Part shown: positions 18,041-31,945 of the stretch, piece after piece
Layout: every line of letters begins with the position of its first letter
Numbering within the stretch: the first letter of the stretch is position 1
Assembly (NCBI GenBank): GCA_964016885.1
Contig: OZ024759.1
Coordinates: forward strand, 36,828,001 to 36,892,000
From: Eledone cirrhosa
Lineage: Eukaryota
Direction of reading: 5' to 3'
Length of the DNA: 64,000 bases
Translations under genes and position numbers: made by a program
Notes under the pieces: model-generated
Databases searched by the model: none
Seen by the model: only the letters and a program-made list of their open reading frames with translations
Told to the model about the DNA's origin: nothing

Positions 18041-18420
18041 ATATGAAATATAAGAATCAAAGAACTGTTCAAAACATTATTGTGCTTACAGCTGTTTCCT
18101 CCAAACCGAGGTTTGGATTCTTCGGAGCAATTTATTAATGAATGGACAGTTATATGACCTCCTTTTCAGCCAAGAGACATACCGATACATATGCAAATAT
18201 TGTGGGTCAACATTCAACTGTCCATTCATTAATAAATTGCTCCGAAGAATCCAAACCTCGGTTTGGAGGAAACAGCTGTAAGCACAATAATGTTTTGAAC
18301 AGTTCTTTGATTCTTATATTTCATATAACTGCTCTGTAAATCATCTGATGTTTTTACATTGAGCTACTTAACTTACTGGTAATAAGGTAGTAATACATTA
18401 CTGCCTACCACTATTTAGGG
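18041..18420 (+). mobile_element. Fold-back hammerhead element, family D
   Basis: Perfect ~111-bp inverted arms 18041-18151 / 18216-18326 with a 64-bp spacer; each arm carries an HHR-like motif. Confidence 0.8.
18237..18284 (+). ncRNA. Hammerhead-like motif (CCGAAGA core variant); mirror copy 18083-18130 (-)
   Basis: TGCT-CCGAAGA-ATCCAAACC TC GGTTTGGAG-GAAA-C AGCT G-TA-AGCA; palindromic loop III. Confidence 0.65.
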
Positions 18421-19029
18421 TTTGTATAAAAAATACATATAACTGCATAAGGTTTTTGTATTTACATAACCATAAATAGTATAATTAATACTATATATAC
18501 ATATATATGTACATATGTACATATGTACATATGTACATATATATATATGTATATATGTACATATATGTACATATATACATGTATATATATACATATATAC
18601 ATGTATATATATACATATATACATGTATATATATACATATATATGTATATATGTACATATATACATGTATTTATATACATATATACGTATATATATACGT
18701 ATATATGTACATATATATATATATACATTTATATGTCCATATATACGTATATATGTATATATGTACATATATACCTTACATAGGTACGTATATATGTATA
18801 TATACGTATATAGGTACATATATATGTATATATACGTATATAGGTACATATATATGTATATATACGTATATAGGTACATATATATGTATATATACATATA
18901 TATGTACATATATATGTATATATACATATATATGTACATATATATGTACATATACATATAAATGTATATATAGATATATATGTATAGGTAAAAAAACAAT
19001 GTTTTCAACGTTGAAATTAATTGCATAAA

Positions 19030-19190
19030 TATTTATTTCTACTATAGACACAATGCCAGAAATTTGGGAGAAGGGCAAGTCGATTAAATCGACCCTAGAG
19101 TATTACTGGTACTTTATTTTATTGACCCGACCCCGTAAGGATGAAAGGAAAAGTTAAGCTCGGCGGGATTTGAACTCAGAACCTAAAGCA
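19030..19190 (-). mobile_element. SINE family 1, partial
   Basis: TTACTGGTACTTTATTTT..GGATGAAAGG..GGATTTGAACTCAGA. Confidence 0.85.
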
Positions 19191-20011
19191 CAATAATGTT
19201 ATGCTGCAGCACGGAAAATCGATAACCAAATTCTTTGGTACGATGTTTATGATACGTGTAGAAAGATTTTCTTAAATTATTAGATATTTTCGACACATCA
19301 TAACTATTAAACAATTTCTGAAGGGAATCTTAATGCAAGCTTCAGTTGAAATACAACTTTACTACATAAATAGCTAATATTCTCAGTAAATACCTTAAAT
19401 AGCTATATACATACAATGCTTCGCTTTGGAGCAATTGTTTTAGTCACTCCTCGTAATTATAATTAAGTTATTCCTTTCCAAATCCATAGTTTATTGCGCG
19501 AATATATTTGCAATACATAATATAGTTTCTATTGAATTGACTAAAAATGGTTTCAAATTAAGCTTCAATCAACATTATCATACTTTCAGAAATGCCACAA
19601 GTTTCTCGACGTACGTTTTGTCAGTATGACGTTACAACTAGTTTGTCTAATAGACTTTAGAACATTTCAAACCTTACATTTATTGTACCAATGATTGTGG
19701 TCCTTGAATTGAAGAGAAAATGAATATATTGATCAAAAGGAAGTCTCTTTGATGTACCAGTTCAGAGCTAAAGGCTTTTAGTTGTCATAAATCGTAATAT
19801 TTCTACAAAATATTTTAAAGGGCTTACTACATTGTTACATGTTCCAAAGAAATGAAGAATGTTATTTTGCTAACGTGTACTTCATGTTCAAATGTTGTCA
19901 TCATAGATCTTCATTTTCTGTTGAAATATAAAATTGTTAATAGTTGAAGTGCCTCTTACAATATTGCTTATCATAAAATATATAAATATATTTATATATA
20001 CATATATATAT

Positions 20012-20064
<53 letters not shown>

Positions 20065-21909
20065 TACTTACAAACCATATATATACGAGTATTTATATAT
20101 GCTTATATATGGTATATATATATATATATATGTCTAATGGTAGCTAAGATGCTTCCATAGGCGCTATGCCGGTTGAGCACTCTATGATTTACCTGTCTTT
20201 GTATACATTTTATGATTTATCTGTCTCTAGGAATTGTGTGTGCGTGTGTGTGTGTGCATCTGTGTGTGTTTATGTATGCTATGTAATACATAGTTTCATT
20301 TACATATATACATATGTGTTATATACACATATATATATTGCATGTATATATATATGTAATGATTTATAATTTTATAAAATGTAAAGTCTCGTAACATTCT
20401 CATCTAATAAAAAACAATTATGTATATACACACATGTGTGTGTATATGTGTATATATTTGCTCTTATATATATGTGAGGGTGTGTATATTTACGCAGATA
20501 AATGTGTGTATTTGTGTGTATGTGTGTATACTTGCGTATATATATATGTATATATATGTATGTATATGTATGTATGTATGTATATGTATTTATGTGTGTA
20601 TATGTATATATTTATATGCATGTGTATATGTATGTATATCTATGTGTATGTATGTATCTATATATGTGTACGTATGTATGTATATATGGACGTATATTTA
20701 TTTATATATATGTGTGTGAGTATGTGTGTGTATCGCTTTGTGTGTCTATATACATATATATATATGTGTGTGTGTGTGTGTGTAGCTACCTCTATTAGTG
20801 TGTAGGTATATATATATATATATATGTGTGTGCAGATACCTCTATTAGGGTATCTTATTTCAGTGTTTCCCTGGGGTACAGCGGCAATTCAGCTGGGTTT
20901 GAATATTGTAAAGTTGGCATGTGCCTCCTGAGAACATTGTGTGTCGGATTGGTAATAAAACAACAACAACAACTATAAGGAGTATCAGTGCTGAAACGAT
21001 AAAAGGTCGAGTTTGTGACTTGTTGGTATTGATGGTGATACTGATGGTGATGGTGATGATGGTGGTGATAGTGATGGTGGTGGTGGTGGTGATGGTGATG
21101 ATGATGATGGTGGTGGTGGTTTTGTAACTGAAGTGATGATGCTGGTGGTGGTTATGGTTATTTGTTATGCTATAATGTTGGTGGTGGTGGAGGTAGCGGT
21201 GGTAGTGGTGGGGGTGGTAATGGTGGCGGTGGTAGTGATGATATTCCGGGATTTGTTCTTTTTGTTTTCTTCTCTTTTGTTCCTTTGTTCTATTTCATGT
21301 TTATGATTGTAATTATATTTCGGGGGAATGTAACCCTTTTTAAAGGATTGATGATTATATAATACTCCTTCTGGTCTTCTTTCGTTCCACCCTCGTGTTG
21401 TAGGGACGCCTTCATTACATACGACCTGTCTTGGGAGTGGTTGAAGCCTGGTGGGAGCCCACCCCTCCATTGGGGCTTTCCACGGCCAATTTATTACTGA
21501 GAGAGAGAGAGAGGGGGGGGGGAGAGAAGGTAAGAAAGATATAAACAAAGAGAGAGAGACGGAAAGAAAGAGCAAGAAAGAAAGAGAGAGAGAGATGGTG
21601 TTAGAGAGAGAGGTGGAAAGAAAGAGACGGAAAGGAGCAAGGCAGAAAGAAGAGAGAGAGAGAGGGGTGGAGAGAGAGAGAGAGAGAGGCAGAGAGAGAG
21701 AGAGAAAGAGGATAGCAGAAGACTAATCAATCAGAGCAATCGACTGGTAGTTTATTTATCGACCCCTAAAGGTGACCTGACTGGGATTTGAACTCCCAGT
21801 ACAGGGAACCAGAACGATAAACTCACGTCATGTTATCACACTATCTAAAGACTGATAACAGCCTCGTTATATTTAATATATTATTGATATGTCAACATAG
21901 AATAGAATA

Positions 21910-22710
21910 TGGCGGTGGTGGGGAGATAGTGTTGAGAGGGTTGTGGTGGGAGAGTTGTGGTGATGGTGGGGGAGATAGTGGGGTGGGGGTGGGGGAGATG
22001 ATGGTGGTGGTGTTGTTGGTGGTGCTAGTGCTGGTGGGGGTAGTGGTGGTGTTGTTGTTGGTGGTAGTAGTGCTGGTGCTGGTGGGGGTGATGGTGGTGT
22101 TGTTGGTGGTGGTAGTAGTGCTGGTGCTGGTGGGGGTGATGGTGGTGTTGTTGTTGTTGGTGGTGGTAGTGGTGGTGGTGGGGGTGGTGGTGTTGTTGTT
22201 GTTGGTGGTGGTAGTAGTGGTGGTGGTGCTGGTGGGGGTAGTGGTGGTGTTGTTGTTGGTGGTGGTGGTGGGGATAGTGGTAGTGGTGGTGTTGTTGTTG
22301 GTGGTGGTAGTGGTGGTGCTGGTGGGGGTAGTGGTGGTGTTGTTGTTGGTGGTGGTGCTGGTGGGGATAGTGGTAATGGTTGTGTTGTTGTTGTTGGTGG
22401 TGCTGGTGGGGGTAGTGGTAGTGGTGGTGCTGGTGGTTGTGGGAGGTGTTGCAGTTGTTGTTGCTGTTGTTGTTGGTGGTGGAGGTGGTGGTAATGGTGG
22501 TTGCGGTGGGGGTAGTAGTGTTGGTGGTAGTGTCGGTGGTAGTATTAGTTGTTGTATAGGTGGTAGTATTGGTGGTATTGTTGGTGGTAGTGGTAGTATA
22601 GGTGTTGGGGGTAGTACTGGTGGTAATATTGGTGGTAGTGGTGGTGGTAGTGGTAGTATAGGTGTTGGGGGTAGTATTGGTGGTAGTATAGGTGGTAGTG
22701 GTAGTGGTGT
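21910..22710. repeat. (GGT/GTT/GTA)n tract
   Basis: Seen directly. Confidence 0.9.
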
Positions 22711-22794
22711 AAGTTATAAATATATTCCAAGATACCATCAGGAACTCCACTGTTTCCTCCTCTTCATTAATGTTTAATTTTACAACCACACCTG

Positions 22795-22942
22795 GTCTCT
22801 CTCTCTCTCTCTCTCTCTCTTCAACACTCCGTCTCTCTCTCTCTCCCGCTCTCTCTCTCTCTTCCACACTCCGTCTCTCTCTCTCTCCCGCTCTCTCTCT
22901 CTCTTCCACACTCCGTCTCTCTCTCTCTCCCGCTCTCCTCTC
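22795..22942. repeat. (CT)n-based ~42-bp unit x3
   Basis: ACACTCCGTCTCTCTCTCTCTCCCGC repeated. Confidence 0.85.
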
Positions 22943-23143
22943 TATATGAATATATCATTGTGTACGTGTATATAACTAACTAATCTATCACACATTCTAC
23001 ACCTAACTCTCTATATATATTTACCTAGGAGTGTATGTGCCGCACTATATATTGCTAGAAAACAGTGCAATCAAACTTTTGCGGAAATATCTTACCTTCT
23101 CCAATAAAAAATATGATTTTTGCGAAATCCAGAGACTTTCAAT

Positions 23144-23606
23144 AATGACCAGAAGTCGACCCTAAATAGTACTAATAGCTCTAGGAAAGCCATGAACGAC
23201 AGCACATCTTTTTAACTTTGATTTTGAAAGTAGGTTTATAATAATCAAAATTCATTATACTTATGTAGATGTCTCGGTGGTCGAGTGGGAGGAATCATAG
23301 ACGGTGGTGATCCTGGTCCGAAGTTCGATTCTAGTCGGGAGTTGGGTTCCCGGTAAAACTTTTCATTTTTCTTTCTATGGGTAAAATAAAAACTGTAAAA
23401 GGTTTCTTTTGACCAGGATCGAACCCAAGGCCAGGATCTTCACCGTCTCCAGTACTTCCCGCTAGGCCACAGAGACTACTACAAAAATCTTCTGAAAATT
23501 CATACCTATAAACCTACTTTCATAATTTTCAAAACAAAGTGTTGTGGTGTCGTTCATGCCTTTGTTAATGTTATTGCTGCTACTTAAGGTCGACTTCTAA
23601 ATCATT
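23144..23606. mobile_element. Diverged fold-back (MITE-like) element with two convergent tRNA-like heads
   Basis: Arms 23144-23340 and 23410-23606 align as inverted repeats (AGAAGTCGACC, CATGAACGACA, GAAAGTAGGTTTATA, GACGGTG..GATCCTGG); each arm has A and B boxes. Confidence 0.7.
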
Positions 23607-23719
23607 TGGGTGTTCCATAGCCTACATCCTCGTTTTGTTTCACATCTATCTAGACTATATTTTAACCTGTAAACCTGTAATCCATGTTTCATTTCTGTTC
23701 CACCTCATTTCTACTTCTA

Positions 23720-23852
23720 CTTCTACTTTTGACACAAGACCAGCAATTATTCCAGTGTATTACTGGTGCTTTATTTTATCGACCCCGTATGGATGAAAGG
23801 CAAAATTAACCTCGACGGAATTTGAACTCGGACCATAAAGGGACGTAACTGT
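23720..23852 (-). mobile_element. SINE family 1, 5'-truncated
   Basis: Matches other copies. Confidence 0.85.
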
Positions 23853-23999
23853 CAAAATCCATATCAACGGTTTCTGTGTCTTTAAAAATTGAATTTCGTT
23901 TTGCCTTGTTTTTCGTTCGTTTTCTTCTCTTCTCTTTGTTAATTTTCCTAAGTATATATATATGTGTGTGTGCGTGTTATATATATATATATATATTTA

Positions 24000-24260
24000 A
24001 AGGTTAAACAAGGTTCAATGAATAAATCAAAGAATGAGTTTTACAATAGATTGGAAGCACTTAACAGTTATGGTTTTCCGGAGTTATTAATATTAATTCA
24101 AAATATTAACAAAAATATACATTCGTGTGATCAAGTATATTTTATTATACATATTTCAGAGGTACTGAGCTATCTTCAACAGTACGTCCTCATCAGATAA
24201 AATAAGATGATGCATGACATACCCTGACTTAGTAGATGGTTAAGATTCAGTTATGGTAGT
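24000..24260 (-). mobile_element. Family A hammerhead element
   Basis: Reverse complement of 36770-36935; HHR at 24138-24204. Confidence 0.8.
24138..24204 (-). ncRNA. Type I hammerhead ribozyme motif
   Basis: rc: TATTTTAT-CTGATGA-GGACGTACTG..CAGTACCTCT-GAAA-T ATGT A-TA-ATAAAATA. Confidence 0.8.
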
Positions 24261-24699
24261 AATATATATTTTCTCTATCTTCACTACTCTTTCTTTCTAT
24301 CTAAATTTATTTCCCCCAACATCATTTTAACACGTGTCAAATATATATACCACATGACCGATTTCCAATCTCATTTCCGGATTTCATTTCAACAGCAGCA
24401 GCAACATCTGTTCTTACTACTACTACTTCTACTACTACTACTACCTATACTACTACTATTACTACTACTAATACTACCACCACGACCACCGCCGCCGCCG
24501 CCACCACCACCACTACCACCACTACTACCACCACCACCACCACTAATACTAATACTACTACTACTAGGTTTTTCAGACTGTCTAATGTTGCCCCTCTTGT
24601 GGAAATAAAACCAGGAGGACCCACTTTCTCTTGTTTTTATTATCCTTTATTAAAATAAATAGCAGCTCAATCAATTACTGGGGTCAATTAAATCGATAG

Positions 24700-24768
24700 T
24701 ACTTTTCTATATATATATACATAGAACCTGTATCATTTCTACATGCATACATAGTACCTCTGTCATTT

Positions 24769-24812
<44 letters not shown>

Positions 24813-25013
24813 GAGGGATTTTTTCAAAAATGAAAAAGAAACGAGAAGTCCTACACGAGTGAAAGTATAAGGAAAAAAGATGAAATCGAAAATGCAACTG
24901 GAGTCTTTTTAAGAATATTTATTAGGTTCCTTTACCGGTTTCACAGTTCTTATGTAAAAGTAGAATTGAGATGGAGGGTTTGTGGTTTTTCTCGCATCTG
25001 GAGTTCTATGTAT

Positions 25014-25060
<47 letters not shown>

Positions 25061-25420
25061 CATAGTACCGCTGTTGTTTCTATAAATAGACATAATAGTG
25101 CCTTTGTCATTTATGCATATATACATGATAGTACCTGAGTCAATTCTACGTAGTAACCCTGTCATTTCTATATATATACATAGTGACCCTTGTCATTTCT
25201 CTCTATATATATATACATAGTAACTCTGTCATTTCTATATATATATATATACATAGTAACCTTGTCATTTCTATATATATATACATAGTGACCCTTGTCA
25301 TTTCTATATATATATACATAGTAACACTGTCAATTCTACATATATATATATATATACTAACCCTTGTCCTTTCTCTCTCTATATATATATTCATAGTACC
25401 TCTGTCAATTCTACATATAT
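24700..25420. repeat. Compound minisatellite CATAGTA(C)CC(TC)TGTCATTTCT-(TA)n, interrupted by a PLE-like fragment
   Basis: About 13 units with variable TA length at 24716-24775 and 25058-25420. Confidence 0.75.
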
Positions 25421-25554
25421 AGAGGGAGCGTCTGTACAGGCAATATTTATTAGAATGCTGTTGAAGTGTGTATATATTTTGTGGGGGCCTCCTATATATA
25501 TATATATATATAAAGAGAGAGAGAGGGGGAGAGAGAGAGAGAGTATGTGTCGTT

Positions 25555-25589
<35 letters not shown>

Positions 25590-25869
25590 AGTGATCGTCG
25601 TGGTGGTAGTGGAGTGCAGGTAGTGGTGGCGGTGGGAGTGAGAGTTAAGGTTTTCTTTGTCGTTCAGTTGGGTATAGATGGCGTTAGTGGTGGGCGAGGG
25701 ATCACTCGGAGAGGCGTTGGCTTTTTACCTAGTTTTTGTTGTTGTTTTGTTGTTGTTTGTTGGGAGAGGAGGAGGTGGGTACAGAAGTCCATCACCTCCC
25801 CTCCCTCTTTATCTTTTACAATATATATAAATCTTTCAAAATGTTTATTTATTTATTTACATTCTATGT

Positions 25870-26630
<761 letters not shown>

Positions 26631-27151
26631 TACAGTGGAAGATATGTGTACAATCAGACACAAGGGAGAAATTTTAAAGTAAAATCGAAAAATGTATGTG
26701 TATGTGTGTGTGTATGTGTGCGACTACTTGTTTTTACCACGCGTACACACACACACACATACACACACACGCGCACACACACATACACCTACACACACAC
26801 ACAACCACATACATCAACACAGACGTGCCCTTCCACACATACATGCAAAGAATCACAGACACACACATTTAAATCCAGATTAAGACCATCTGATGCTGCA
26901 AAGAACCTTACCCTCCCCTCTTTCAAAATGCTGTTTCCTGGGCCCCTTCTATTGTTTCATTGACATAATTAAATCTTAATTAAGGGTCAAATATTTAATA
27001 ATATATTAAAAAGTTGATTTCCCTCTAGGACATAGCCCAGACTAGATACCGGTAAATATATTTCAAAACCCTTATTTTTAAATGTATTTATTCAGTACCA
27101 TTTATTATATAATTATTCATTTATTTATTCTATTTAAACGTCTGTATAGAG

Positions 27152-27515
27152 CTAGTTTATATACTACAGGGGATCAGGGACTGGAAAGTTTAACCCCGTC
27201 CCGTACCCTCTAGTTTATATACTACAGGGGATCAGGGACTGGAAAGTTTAACCCCGTCCCGTACCCTCTAGTTTATATACTACAGGGGATAGGGACTGGA
27301 AAGTTTAACCCCGTCCCGTGCCCTCTAGTTTATATACTACAGGGGATCAGGGACTGGAAAGTTTAACTCCGTCCCGAACCCTCTAGTTTATATACTACAG
27401 GGGATCAAGGACTGGGAAGTTTAACCCCGTCCCGTCCCTCCTATATTATATACTACAGGGATGAGGGACTGGGAAGTTTAACCTCGTACAGCCCCACCCT
27501 CCAAAGTTTATATAC
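27152..27515. repeat. 58-bp tandem minisatellite, ~6 copies
   Basis: Unit CTAGTTTATATACTACAGGGGATCAGGGACTGGAAAGTTTAACCCCGTCCCGTACCCT starts at 27152, 27210, 27268...; degenerates toward the 3' end. Confidence 0.95.
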
Positions 27516-28086
27516 TTGGGTTGGACTGTCATATAGTCATATACACACAATTACTTAACTTTGATGAAACCGGGTAAAAATCCGGTATGGTGAACCTGTC
27601 GGTTTTTGGACACACAAAATAACAACCAGTAATATCAGTCATTTATCTACATACAACAACTGTAACAGAAACAAATATAAATTTTCAAAAAAAATTTTTT
27701 TTAGTCGTTTCAAAAAAAAAATATAATGGAGAATTTACAATTTGCACAGCGATGAATCCGGCACTGGGAAAAAAAAAAAAAAAAAAGGAAAAGCGCTGCG
27801 GTGTGTTATGTCCCTTGGCGCCATAAGCACGTGCTTGTTTTGTTTAATGGTTAATTCAACACTGTATATATTCATTACGACACAAATATACATAAAATAT
27901 TCTTATTTATATTTTGCACACGCGTTTACTCTCACCCTCACTGCCACCCTCCTAAATAACACACTCCCTTTTTTATATACTGTCAATTTTATACACAGGG
28001 AAAAAAAAAACATGCGTACATGAATCATTTATATTCATATACATATCTATACATAAAGAACAGCTCAGATATTTAAATACATACAT

Positions 28087-28119
<33 letters not shown>

Positions 28120-28173
28120 AATACCACACACATATATATATATATACACACACACATATATATATATATATAT

Positions 28174-28294
<121 letters not shown>

Positions 28295-28427
28295 CGGATA
28301 CAGTGATTCCGCTATTCAAAGACTGATATACACAGATTTCTCATAAAACTACCTATTTCAACATGGTCTTATTGAATTATACATACATTTAAGAACCACA
28401 AATTCACATACTTGTAAATGCATAAAA

Positions 28428-28499
<72 letters not shown>

Positions 28500-28599
28500 T
28501 TAGGAGGTACAAATGCATATATATATACATACATATACGCATTTAAAAAACAGATGTATATATGTTTATAAACACACATGCACACTTTTAAGGGAACAC

Positions 28600-29025
28600 T
28601 TGCCTTTCATCCTTCCCAGACAATATAATGTTCCCAATTGCTGGCCTTGTCCCTGAACCAGAAACCCTTATTGTTATTAATATTATTATTGAGGGCGGCG
28701 GAAATGGCGGTATTGGTAGAGGAGGGTCGGACGCCATGCTTTGCAGTATAGAGTTACGGCCATTTATGGTCTGAGTTCAAATTCTGCCGAGGTTAACTTT
28801 GCCTTTCTTCCTTACGGAATTGATAAAATAAAGTACCAGTAATGCACTGGAGTAATTGCTGGCCATGTGCCTAAAGTAGAAACAATTATTATTATTGTTA
28901 TTTTTTTCTGGGTGGTGGATTGGCAAAGTCGGTAGAGTATCGGATAACAAGTCCTGTGACGTTTAGTTACGTCCCTTTCTGTGTTCTGTGTTCAAATCCC
29001 ACCGAGGTTAGCTTTGCCTGTCAAA
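28600..29025 (+). mobile_element. Cluster of three SINE family 1 pieces (full copy ~28692-28895)
   Basis: TGGCGGTATTGG A box, GAGTTCAAATTC B box, conserved body. Confidence 0.85.
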
Positions 29026-29063
29026 GTACCTAACATATATATATATGTATATATATATACATA

Positions 29064-29102
<39 letters not shown>

Positions 29103-29121
29103 ATATATATATATATATATA

Positions 29122-29180
<59 letters not shown>

Positions 29181-29183
29181 GTG

Positions 29184-29232
<49 letters not shown>

Positions 29233-29247
29233 ATATATATATGTGTG

Positions 29248-29297
<50 letters not shown>

Positions 29298-29537
29298 TGT
29301 GTGTATATATATATATATGTGTATATATATACACACACATTCAAACTATCCACAGTATAAGAAGAAACATTTTTAATATCTGACGAGATTTAAATATCAA
29401 TCTAAGCTGGTAATATTTGACATTTAAATCCATTTAATGAAACAAATATTAAAAATATTCAATCTTTAATCTGTTGTATTAAAGAAAAAATGAATCGTTA
29501 AACATGCCACAATGGTTTTTCACTTTTACTTTCTATA

Positions 29538-29980
29538 TAAATATACAATATATTAACAAATGGAAACTATATTTATAAAACCATATTTATTTCATTATAC
29601 ATATTTCAAGGGCCACCAGAGCAAACTATGGTGCACTTTCATCAGATAAAATATAATATAGATTAGTTTTATAAATAAATATTGCCATACCCTTAAAAAA
29701 TGCAACCATTCTGGTTGGAATCTCCAGAATGGTTGCATTTTTTAAGGGTATGTCAATATTTATTTATAAAACTAACCTATATTATATTTTATCTGATGAA
29801 AGTGCACCATATTTTGCTCTGGTGGCCCTTGAAATATGTATAATGAAATAAATATGGTTTTATAAATATAGTTTCCATTTGTTAATATATTGTATATTTA
29901 CTCCAATAATTTGTTGAGTGCTTTATATCTGTTATAAAAATACTTTGCTTATTGTATACCAACAAATTAAATATAACCTC

Positions 29981-29985
<5 letters not shown>
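29538..29985 (+). mobile_element. Fold-back hammerhead element, family B
   Basis: ~360-bp near-perfect palindrome 29538-29900 (loop ~29715-29723). HHRs at 29785-29850 (+) and 29588-29653 (-), both CTGATGA/GAAA. Tail TTGAGTGC then (TA)n. Confidence 0.85.
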
Positions 29986-30049
<64 letters not shown>

Positions 30050-30205
30050 CGGCCCGTCTATCGGTCGGTGTATTTGATTTGCAAAGCTGTCTAAACGTAA
30101 TGTTATAACTCTGGGGTAATATTCTCCATTGAGTGCTTAGCTGTACACCGAAACTGCATTCGTTAGCTTGGCTGCTACCAAAGCTTCGTTGATGCTGTAC
30201 TAAAA

Positions 30206-30246
<41 letters not shown>

Positions 30247-30480
30247 TTGTCATTTATTTTTTATTATTTATTTTGTTTTGACCTGTTTAGCTTGGTTTGG
30301 TTTTTGGCTTGGGTGGTTAATGCCTTCTTGACCACCTTTTCAGTTTTGTATGGCTTCTTAACACATTGTTTAGCTCTGGTTTTTAACTATTGAGCACTTT
30401 GCCAGTATCATTTCTGATTTTTGCGTTTCGCTTCGCTTTTTCCTGCCCGCCGAAAATGCGATTCTCGCTGAATATTTATT

Positions 30481-30525
<45 letters not shown>

Positions 30526-30604
30526 TATATAATGTGAATCTTTATTTGTATATATATATATATATATATTTATATAATATATATATATAATGTGAATCTT
30601 TATT

Positions 30605-30641
<37 letters not shown>

Positions 30642-30767
30642 AAAGGGCGATTTGTTATGTCTTCATTACGTTTATTGAGTAGTGATGAGCGTTTCGCTAT
30701 TGATCAGATCAAGGTCCAATCTGTATCGATCTACTTCCTTCGATAAAATGTCGATTACATATATATA

Positions 30768-30925
30768 TAAAGAGTTGGGGCCCGACGGCTGAGCTCTTGC
30801 CGTTTCAACAGCTAGTTCCAGATTGGAACCAGCTATTGAAACGGCAAGAGCTCAGCCGTCGGGGTCTCGATTCTTTATAATATAACCATATTCTACTACC
30901 CCAAATATCGAGTATATCCATCCTT
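30768..30925 (+). mobile_element. Fold-back of a hammerhead 3' half, family E; related pieces at 2325-2382 (-) and 36966-37075
   Basis: Palindrome ~30781-30863 containing GAAA-CGGC AAGAGCTCA GCCG-TC-GGGG; no CTGANGA half. Confidence 0.6.
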
Positions 30926-30934
30926 ATATATGTG

Positions 30935-30986
<52 letters not shown>

Positions 30987-31017
30987 GGTGTGTGTGTGTG
31001 TGAGAGAGAGAGTGTGA

Positions 31018-31195
31018 GTCCCGGGTTAAATCGGGGGTAACCACAGTAAATAAAGTACTCAATACATTTGTAGAGTTTATACAAAATATAATATAGAAAT
31101 GGTTTCTACAGGACTAGAACTGTTTCATTCGAAGGAAATCGTCAAGAAAGCCTTCGAATGAAACAGTTCTAGTCCTGTAGAAGCCATTTCAATAT
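31018..31195 (-). mobile_element. Family C variant with TTGACGA-core hammerhead and inverted arm
   Basis: GAAACAGTTCTAGTCCTGTAGAA on both strands; tail homologous to 11580-11630. Confidence 0.75.
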
Positions 31196-31754
31196 ATCAT
31201 TTATGTTAGGCTGTTCACCAATGGGTATATATATATATATATTACATAAATTTTAATAAAATGGCAGACTTTACATATAAAAGAATGGTTTAAAAATAAA
31301 AAAAATGGCAAAAGAAGTCTTTAAAAAAAGGGGGTGGGTAGGTGGTGTGATGATATCAGAAGTCAGTAATATGACATTATAACACTGCAACTTCTTTGTA
31401 CATAAAGCTTCCCGATCACGGTTTCAAATCCCACGGGAGTCATTTTTCAAGTCGTTCTACTCCTTTTCCAAAAGAAAATAAAAAACCTACAAAAATAAAA
31501 AAAATATTAATGTGATAATAATAATAATAATAATATTAATAATAATAATAATAAAGTAAAAAAAATCTTCTTCTTTCGAATGGAACGTGGCAAGTGGCTC
31601 ATATTGCTCTAAACTCCATCCTAGTTCACTTCTAATAACTTTCTAAAACATTTGACCTTAAGAACTGAAGTTTCGGTAGACGGCAGAGTACAGGCGCTAA
31701 TTTGGTGTGGATTTCATAGTGGTTGCTAAGATGTGGACTTCGTTTAGAAGAGAC

Positions 31755-31945
31755 GGGGTTGAGGGTTTGGGGGATGAGGGTTTGGGGTGAGGGTTTGGGG
31801 TATGAGGGTTTTTGAGTTGTGGGTTTGGGGAATGAGGGTTTTGAGTTGTGGGTTTTGAGGGTTTGGGTGTTGGGGGTTTTGGGGATGAGGGTTTGGGGGT
31901 TGACTGCTAGTGGTTGGAAGTTGGTGGTTAGGGTTGGGGTTGTTT
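31755..31945 (+). repeat. G-rich degenerate (GAGGGTTTGGG) tract
   Basis: Many GGG runs with short spacers. Confidence 0.75.

Noticed and set aside
23271-23340. Functional tRNA gene
   Set aside because: A and B boxes are present but there is no convincing cloverleaf or acceptor stem
31755-31945. Interstitial telomere
   Set aside because: Only isolated TTAGGG; a degenerate G-rich tract, G4-capable at most
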